This document shows, in pieces, positions 17,044 through 22,261 of a stretch of 22,261 nucleotides of DNA. Location: the NCBI GenBank assembly GCA_902812495.1, contig CADDZR010000019.1, positions 1-22,261 of the forward strand. The letters are read 5' to 3'. Each line of letters opens with the position of its first letter. Within the stretch, counting starts at the first letter, position 1. Source of the stretch: an archaeon. Its GTDB lineage: Archaea; Thermoproteota; Nitrososphaeria; Nitrososphaerales; Gagatemarchaeaceae. A program made the translations under genes and the position numbers. The notes beneath the pieces are model-generated. The model searched no databases. It was not told the DNA's origin and saw only the letters and a list, made by a program, of their open reading frames with translations.

Positions 17044-17871
17044 CTGATAACACTAATTGAGGTAATACTCTTCTCCGTTGCTGCAGGAACTATCGGTGCA
17101 TTAACTGGGCTCGGAGGTGCAGCCATACTTATACCTCTCCTTGTCCTATTTAACATTCCTATAAAGTACGCAATTGCCGCAAGCATGGTTGCAATTATAG
17201 CAACCTCAAGCGGTTCTGCTTCATCTTACGTCAGGGACGAGCTGAGCAACATAAGGGCTGCCTTTTACTTGGAGATATTTACAGTAGTTGGAGCAATTGT
17301 TGGTGCGACAATAACAAGCATAATTGCGCCAGCATACCTTTACTTTTTCTTTGCCTTCTTCCTTCTCTCATCCTTCGTTGCGTTTGCAAGGGTAAGCCAC
17401 GCAGACACACCAAACGAGACTCAGGATAGCCTTGCAAAATGGCTAAGACTTGAAGGAAGTTATTACGACAGATACCTTGCAAAGGAGATAACATACAAAA
17501 TGACAAGACCTGCACTCGCAGCGCCCGCGATGCTTGTTGCAGGCCTTGCGGCTGGGATGCTCGGCATTGGTGCAGGTGCATTTAAGGTATCAATACACGA
17601 ACTCATAATGAAAATGCCAACAAAGGTCTCCACGGCAACAAGTAACTTCATAATTGGTATGACGGCACTTGCAGGCTCCTCTGTCTATTTTGCCTCAGGC
17701 CTTTTCTTCCTTGACCTAGCTGCGCCACTTGCTGTTGGAACAACTGTGGGTGCATTCATAGGTGCAAGGATACTCAGGAGGCTCTCAAACAAGACATCAA
17801 GGTACATATTCATGGTAATACTTGTTTACATACTTGTAGAGATGATTTACAAGGGAGTTACATCGCTATGA
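17044..17871 (+). CDS. TauE/SafE-like permease; N-terminus lies upstream of the first ATG
   Basis: The track ORF begins at ATG 17185, but the same frame from 17044 encodes LITLIEVILFSVAAGTIGALTGLGGAAILIPLLVLFNIPIKYAIAASM, the characteristic first repeat (GLGGAAILIP). No ATG/GTG/TTG occurs between the in-frame TGA at 17035 and 17185. Confidence 0.75.
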   Translation: MITLIEVILFSVAAGTIGALTGLGGAAILIPLLVLFNIPIKYAIAASMVAIIATSSGSASSYVRDELSNIRAAFYLEIFTVVGAIVGATITSIIAPAYLYFFFAFFLLSSFVAFARVSHADTPNETQDSLAKWLRLEGSYYDRYLAKEITYKMTRPALAAPAMLVAGLAAGMLGIGAGAFKVSIHELIMKMPTKVSTATSNFIIGMTALAGSSVYFASGLFFLDLAAPLAVGTTVGAFIGARILRRLSNKTSRYIFMVILVYILVEMIYKGVTSL

Positions 17872-18236
17872 AAATAGAGCAGAAGAAGCTCGAGATTGTT
17901 ATAAGCACTATACTGAGGATTGGGGTGCTTGCAAGCCTAGTCCTGCTTTCAGCTGGGATAGTGGCTTACTATTTCTCGGAAGGGACGGTAGAGATTAGGC
18001 TTGAGGAAAGCTGGAAGGTCAGCACGCAGAACTTCTTTACTTTCATACCCTACACAGCTTCAAACCATTCCCTAGCTTTCTTGTTAATAGCTTCAGGCAT
18101 AATAGCTCTCATGCTAACACCCTACCTGCGTGTAGTGGCGTCGATAGCTTACTTTGCGCTGACACGAGACTTAAAGTACTTGGCAATAACAACGATAGTG
18201 CTTATAATAATAACAACAAGCTTAGTGAGGCTCTGA
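17868..18236 (+). CDS. DUF1634 membrane protein, typical TauE/SafE partner
   Basis: 122 aa, three hydrophobic helices, ILRIGVLASLVLLSAGI; ATGA overlap with the preceding gene. Confidence 0.75.
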   Translation: MKIEQKKLEIVISTILRIGVLASLVLLSAGIVAYYFSEGTVEIRLEESWKVSTQNFFTFIPYTASNHSLAFLLIASGIIALMLTPYLRVVASIAYFALTRDLKYLAITTIVLIIITTSLVRL

Positions 18237-18240
18237 GAAG

Positions 18241-18948
18241 TTGCAAGTCAAGACTGTTTTCTTTGATCTTGGAGGCACACTTGTAGTTATGAGAAGGGAC
18301 ATTGTCATAAGGAAGATACTGAAGGAAGAGGGATACGACGTCCCAATCAAGAAAATACACGAGGCATACTATCTAACTGAGGCGTCCTGGCTCAAGAAGT
18401 ACGGGATGAAGATAATGAACGAGGAACAGGCTGCAAAGGCATACAGCGAGCTTAACATGTCAATACTTTCTAAACTTGGCCTAGGCATTAAAGAAGAGGA
18501 GCTCAATAGGCTAAAGAAAATTGTCTCAGAGAGGTACGTCGAGGTTGAAAGCAGCATACCGCCAAGGCTCTATCCCGATTCAATTCCAGCGCTTAAGGCC
18601 TTGAGGAAAGAGGGATACAGAATAGGTATTATATCAAATGCACCTCCTTCAACTGCAGAATCAGTTAGAAAGCTTGGTTTGGATAAATTTGCAGACCCGA
18701 TACTAATATCAGGGATCGTTGGCCTAACAAAGCCAAATCCGGAGCTCTTCAGGCTTGCACTAAAGCTCTCGTCTTCAAATCCTGAGGAAGCTGTTCATGT
18801 TGGAGACGTGTATGAGGCTGATGTGGTTGGTGCAAGGAGTGCAGGCATGAAGGCCGTTCTAATAGACAGGGACGAAAGGTTTGAGGACCCCGACTGCCCT
18901 AAGATAAGGAAACTGACAGAACTCCTTTCTCTTATACCTAAGCTCTAA
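18241..18948 (+). CDS. HAD-superfamily hydrolase (TTG start)
   Basis: VKTVFFDLGGTLV, IGIISNAPPS, GLTKPNPELFRLAL, HVGDVYEADVVGARSAGMKAVLIDR. Confidence 0.9.
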   Translation: MQVKTVFFDLGGTLVVMRRDIVIRKILKEEGYDVPIKKIHEAYYLTEASWLKKYGMKIMNEEQAAKAYSELNMSILSKLGLGIKEEELNRLKKIVSERYVEVESSIPPRLYPDSIPALKALRKEGYRIGIISNAPPSTAESVRKLGLDKFADPILISGIVGLTKPNPELFRLALKLSSSNPEEAVHVGDVYEADVVGARSAGMKAVLIDRDERFEDPDCPKIRKLTELLSLIPKL

Positions 18949-19693
18949 TTATTGCTTCAAGCTCTTCGTGGCCGACCCTCCTGAAACCATGTATCTCAAT
19001 TCCTTTGGAGGTTGCGTTGTAAAGTTCTGAGGCGGAAATGGAGGAAAGGAAGCTTAGGAGCCTCCTTGCATATCTCATTTTTTTGACTGTAAGTGTGTTT
19101 TCTTTGCTCCCGGAGTATTTCCCTATCTCTTTCCCAAAATCCATACCTGCGAGTACTATCATTCTTGCCTTCATCTCATCTGCAATGAAGCACGCTCTAT
19201 CTCCGTCTGTGAAACCTCCGTAGTTAAACACGTTCTGCAGTGGCTCAGCCTGGGTCGTCGGATGGACAGCCCTAATCTCTGGAACAAACTTGCTCAGAAG
19301 TTTAACATTGTCCCCATGTGCATGTACAATATAAATAGAATTGGAGCATGGTACAGATCCTACTATACCATCAAGGTCCGTTACAACAAAATCAGGCTCT
19401 ATGCCCTCCCTCACAAGAGCACGACTTGCACCGTCAGCTGCAATGAAAATGCAGTCATCCCTGAACCTCGAGAGTTCACGTACATCCCTCTCAAGAGAAG
19501 GTCCCGCGCCAAAAACAACCACATTCTTTCCTCTGATGGCATGCTGAACTTCCTCCATTCCAACAAATCTGCCTCCAACAATTTCTCCAAGTACTTTGGC
19601 TGCATACCTATCATCCCTTAGTCTAAACCCAAAAGCTCTCCTTATCCTCCTGTACCACGGCCACCACAGAGATAGGTCCAACTCTTCCCACAT
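18938..19693 (-). CDS. mptE: 6-hydroxymethyl-7,8-dihydropterin pyrophosphokinase, archaeal MptE (DUF115) type
   Basis: VVVFGAGPSLERDV...DDCIFIAADGASRALVREGIEPDFVVTDLDG and IVLAGMDFGKEIG. Track ORF opens at 19747; the MWEELDLSLWWPWYRRI start at 19693 fits family N-termini. Confidence 0.85.
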   Translation of the reverse strand: MWEELDLSLWWPWYRRIRRAFGFRLRDDRYAAKVLGEIVGGRFVGMEEVQHAIRGKNVVVFGAGPSLERDVRELSRFRDDCIFIAADGASRALVREGIEPDFVVTDLDGIVGSVPCSNSIYIVHAHGDNVKLLSKFVPEIRAVHPTTQAEPLQNVFNYGGFTDGDRACFIADEMKARMIVLAGMDFGKEIGKYSGSKENTLTVKKMRYARRLLSFLSSISASELYNATSKGIEIHGFRRVGHEELEAIIRA

Positions 19694-19737
19694 TACACAA
19701 GTCAAGATTAAATGTTGCCTTCTTTTGGCTGTGAACA

Positions 19738-20607
19738 ATGTTTTCATACCTAGGCAAGGTGAAGGTTGGGGACTCTTACCCTGTTAGGATAATGGGTATC
19801 ATAAATCTGAGTCCGGAATCCTTTTACAAGGGCTCAGTCTTTCTCAAAGGTGAGCAGATTTCCAGTGTAGCTAGGTCAATGGCTGAGAGCGGGGCTGAGA
19901 TAATTGACATAGGAGCATACTCAACAGCCCCATACCTGAAGACAGGAGTAAGCGAGGAAAAGGAAATAGAAAGAATAGAGCTTGCCCTAAGGGAAATAAC
20001 AAAAATAGACAAAGACATCTCTATTTCTGTTGATACATTCAGGGCAAGGGTGGCTGAGAGGGCTCTGAGCCTCGGTTGTCAGATAGTTAACGACGTAACC
20101 GGACTAAAGAAAGAGAAGGAAATAGCTAGCGTTGTAAGAGAACATGATGCATCTCTAGTTGTAATGGCCTACGATCCAAAAGGAAGAATATACAGCAAGC
20201 CAATTAGAAGAATACTCACAGCTCTAAAGGAGAGCCTGAGAATAGCGGAGGAGTTCGGTATAGAGAAAAGGAGGATAGCTGTTGACCCAGGCATTGGTTT
20301 TTTCAGGGAGGAGGGAGCTGGACCTGCTTTCTCAATGCAGAAGGTCATGCCGTGGTACTCTTGGGACATGCACATAATAAATAATCTACGGAAAATAAAG
20401 AAGCTAGGTCTTCCAGTAGCCATATCTATCTCAAGGAAATCGTTCATAGGGAAGGTTCTGGGAATAGAAAAACCTGAGGGAAGACTTATTGGCTCCATAG
20501 CATCTACAGTGGTTGCAGTTGAAAGGGGTGCAAACATTATAAGGACTCATGATGTCTTAGAAACATTCCATGCTGTAAGGATGGCTGAGGCTATAATCCG
20601 TTCATGA
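19738..20607 (+). CDS. Dihydropteroate-synthase-like protein (archaeal type)
   Basis: PVRIMGIINLSPESFYKGS, GAEIIDIGAYST, ISISVDTFRARVAERAL, IVNDVTGLKK, DPGIGFFREEG; adjacent to mptE and mptD. Confidence 0.85.
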   Translation: MFSYLGKVKVGDSYPVRIMGIINLSPESFYKGSVFLKGEQISSVARSMAESGAEIIDIGAYSTAPYLKTGVSEEKEIERIELALREITKIDKDISISVDTFRARVAERALSLGCQIVNDVTGLKKEKEIASVVREHDASLVVMAYDPKGRIYSKPIRRILTALKESLRIAEEFGIEKRRIAVDPGIGFFREEGAGPAFSMQKVMPWYSWDMHIINNLRKIKKLGLPVAISISRKSFIGKVLGIEKPEGRLIGSIASTVVAVERGANIIRTHDVLETFHAVRMAEAIIRS

Positions 20608-20991
20608 CTCTATCCTCTCTATATACATTAGAGGGTAGCGCAGCTCCCCGAAGTACTTCATCCTTGCACTAACCCTTGCCTTTCCGTACCCTATCTCAAC
20701 AAGTAACTCCATATCCTTTTCGCTTAGTGTTGTGTATCCGTACCTGCTACTCTCAGCCTTAATTCTCTCGCTGTCTATCTTGACCTCAACCTTTCTCCTA
20801 TATGGCTGGAGTAATGCTGCCCTTTCCATCAAGTTTTCTAGCCTTTCTAAATACCCCGTATCTGGTGATACTGGCATGCCAACAAACTGGTGGAACAGCG
20901 ACCCGAGCGCTATCCCTGCCTCAAAGCAGGCCCTTTCCCTCTCAGTCACACCTTCAAAGAAGTAATCTTTCTCAAAACTCTTCTTTCTCAT
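20602..20991 (-). CDS. mptD: Archaeal dihydroneopterin aldolase, MptD (DUF381) type
   Basis: VTERERACFEAGIALGSLFHQFVGMPVSPDTGYLERLENLMERAALLQPY matches the archaeal MptD N-terminal signature. Confidence 0.85.
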   Translation of the reverse strand: MRKKSFEKDYFFEGVTERERACFEAGIALGSLFHQFVGMPVSPDTGYLERLENLMERAALLQPYRRKVEVKIDSERIKAESSRYGYTTLSEKDMELLVEIGYGKARVSARMKYFGELRYPLMYIERIES

Positions 20992-21048
20992 ACAAGCAAC
21001 CTTTTCAGAACGTTATAAAATTGTTCAGAATTGAAGGGTGGGGGAGAC

Positions 21049-21954
21049 ATGAGCCAGATAAGATACGTTGCAAGCAGGGTCATCTATCTCGTTATCGTTG
21101 CCGTTGCCTTTGCCTTACTTGCTTATGTGCTAGCAACCTTTGGTTTTATTCCAAAGAGTGTTTCTCCTGTTGTCTTCTACGCAGCTATAACAGTTGTCTT
21201 TGGTGTCTGGCTAACTAATTTTCTTAGCGGCTCTGTTGTTAGATATTTGGGCCCGAAGATAGGAAACAGGGCAAACACAGCAGGCAACTTGATCAAATTC
21301 TTCGGCTACATAATAATTGCAATTACAGCTCTATCATTCTTTGGTCTTAGCCCAGAGGTAGCGTTGGCTGGTGGTACATTTACGGGACTAATAATAGGTC
21401 TTGGAGCCCAGCCACTACTCAGCAATTTCTTTGCAGGGGTTGTTCTTTTGCTCACAGGTGCACTCAAGCCAGGTGATGAGGTGAGGCTTGTCACATCCTC
21501 GATTCCCTACCAGCCAACAACAGGCCTTGGATACAAGTTCTTTTCTCCCGATTTCATTAACGTAGGATATAGGGGCCTTGTTCAGGAAGTAGGGTTGCTT
21601 TACTCGACAATGATAATAGAAACAGGCCTTGAATTAAAGGTTCCCAACCAGCTGATACTTAACTCAGGGATAATAAACTACTCTTCGGAGTCAGGAGGAG
21701 AAGGCAAAAGGCAGGTTAGGTACGAATTTAACATAAGATTCGACCCAGAGATTGTTCTCCAAAAAGCTAAGGAGGTACTTAGAGATGTTGAAGATGTTAT
21801 CTCTGTTTACATAAGTGAGCAGAGCGACAAGGAATATTACATTGTTGTGGTTGAGTTCAGATCAAATACAGATAAGGGCTGGAGGTATGTTAAGTCTGAG
21901 ATACTCAAGAGGATGATAAAGCTACAGAGAGAGCTTGAAGGTATTGCAAGTTAA
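21049..21954 (+). CDS. MscS-family mechanosensitive channel protein
   Basis: TM helices, then ALSFFGLSPEVALAGGTFTGLIIGLGAQPLLSNFFAGVVLLLTGALKPGDEVRL and QVRYEFNIRFDPE. ATG 21049 follows a GGGGGAG purine-rich stretch; the track starts at 21031. Confidence 0.88.
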   Translation: MSQIRYVASRVIYLVIVAVAFALLAYVLATFGFIPKSVSPVVFYAAITVVFGVWLTNFLSGSVVRYLGPKIGNRANTAGNLIKFFGYIIIAITALSFFGLSPEVALAGGTFTGLIIGLGAQPLLSNFFAGVVLLLTGALKPGDEVRLVTSSIPYQPTTGLGYKFFSPDFINVGYRGLVQEVGLLYSTMIIETGLELKVPNQLILNSGIINYSSESGGEGKRQVRYEFNIRFDPEIVLQKAKEVLRDVEDVISVYISEQSDKEYYIVVVEFRSNTDKGWRYVKSEILKRMIKLQRELEGIAS

Positions 21955-21985
21955 GTAGACTTGTTATTTCCTTTTGTTTTTTGAG

Positions 21986-22261
21986 CTAGTTACCTCTCTT
22001 AGCTCTTTCAATTATTTCTCTCGATATCTCTTCTTCTGTCCTGCCTTCTGTTTTTATCCCGAGCTTTGCTGCTATCTCAACGAGTGTTGCTTCGCTATTC
22101 GTACTTTGTTGGGGAATGCTGGCGGTTAATTGACCTGCATACTCTTTCTGCGCTAATTCAAATTCTTTTTTTGCCTTACCTAGTGCTCTTGCTAGTTCGG
22201 GTATTTTTGATGGCCCCCATATGAATATAGCTAGAGCTATGATAAGTGTAACAATTAGCTC
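21986..22261 (-). CDS. tatA: TatA/TatB-like protein, partial (N-terminus beyond window)
   Basis: Reading the reverse strand from the window edge to TAG (21986-21988) gives ELIVTLIIALAIFIWGPSKIPELARALGKAKKEFELAQKEYAGQL..., the Tat FGP/PxxLPELAR-type hinge motif. Confidence 0.82.
   Translation of the reverse strand, partial: ELIVTLIIALAIFIWGPSKIPELARALGKAKKEFELAQKEYAGQLTASIPQQSTNSEATLVEIAAKLGIKTEGRTEEEISREIIERAKRGN

Noticed and set aside
20169-20537. 122-aa antisense ORF inside the DHPS-like gene
   Set aside because: Shadow ORF with no motif; the sense strand is strongly supported.
1-22261. CRISPR arrays, transposases, integrases, toxin-antitoxin or phage modules
   Set aside because: I saw no repeat-spacer pattern and no recognisable mobile-element or phage protein in any strong ORF.

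Overview
This is an archaeal chromosomal window. The evidence is the herA/nurA pair, the archaeal pterin genes mptE/mptD with an archaeal-type DHPS-like gene, a diphthine-ammonia-ligase-like PP-loop protein, TATA-like leaderless promoters, and a tRNA-Gly(GCC) that appears to carry a 24-nt insertion. Supported genes, left to right: DedA-family membrane protein; small conserved unknown; tRNA-Gly; PH-domain membrane protein; nurA and herA; Dph6-like; CopD-like membrane protein; Cys-containing small protein; SCP2-like protein; DUF4382 exported protein A; SIMPL/DUF541 protein; Cu-nitrite-reductase-like multicopper protein fused to an extra cupredoxin and carrying a pilin-like N-terminus; NnrS-like polytopic membrane protein; an unlisted 37-aa double-CXXC microORF; DUF4382 protein B; PfpI/DJ-1; divergent PEPCK-like P-loop protein with an embedded Cys cluster; TauE/SafE-like protein; DUF1634; HAD; mptE; DHPS-like; mptD; MscS family; TatA-like (partial). 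The most interesting candidate system is the putative copper/nitrogen-oxide envelope module at about 5.6-15.2 kb: NirK-cupredoxin, NnrS-like, two His/Cys-rich DUF4382 paralogs, SIMPL and the microORF. Next are the PEPCK-like kinase with its start-codon-less TauE partner, and the T-arm insertion in the tRNA. Family assignments come from motif recognition only. No database search was run.
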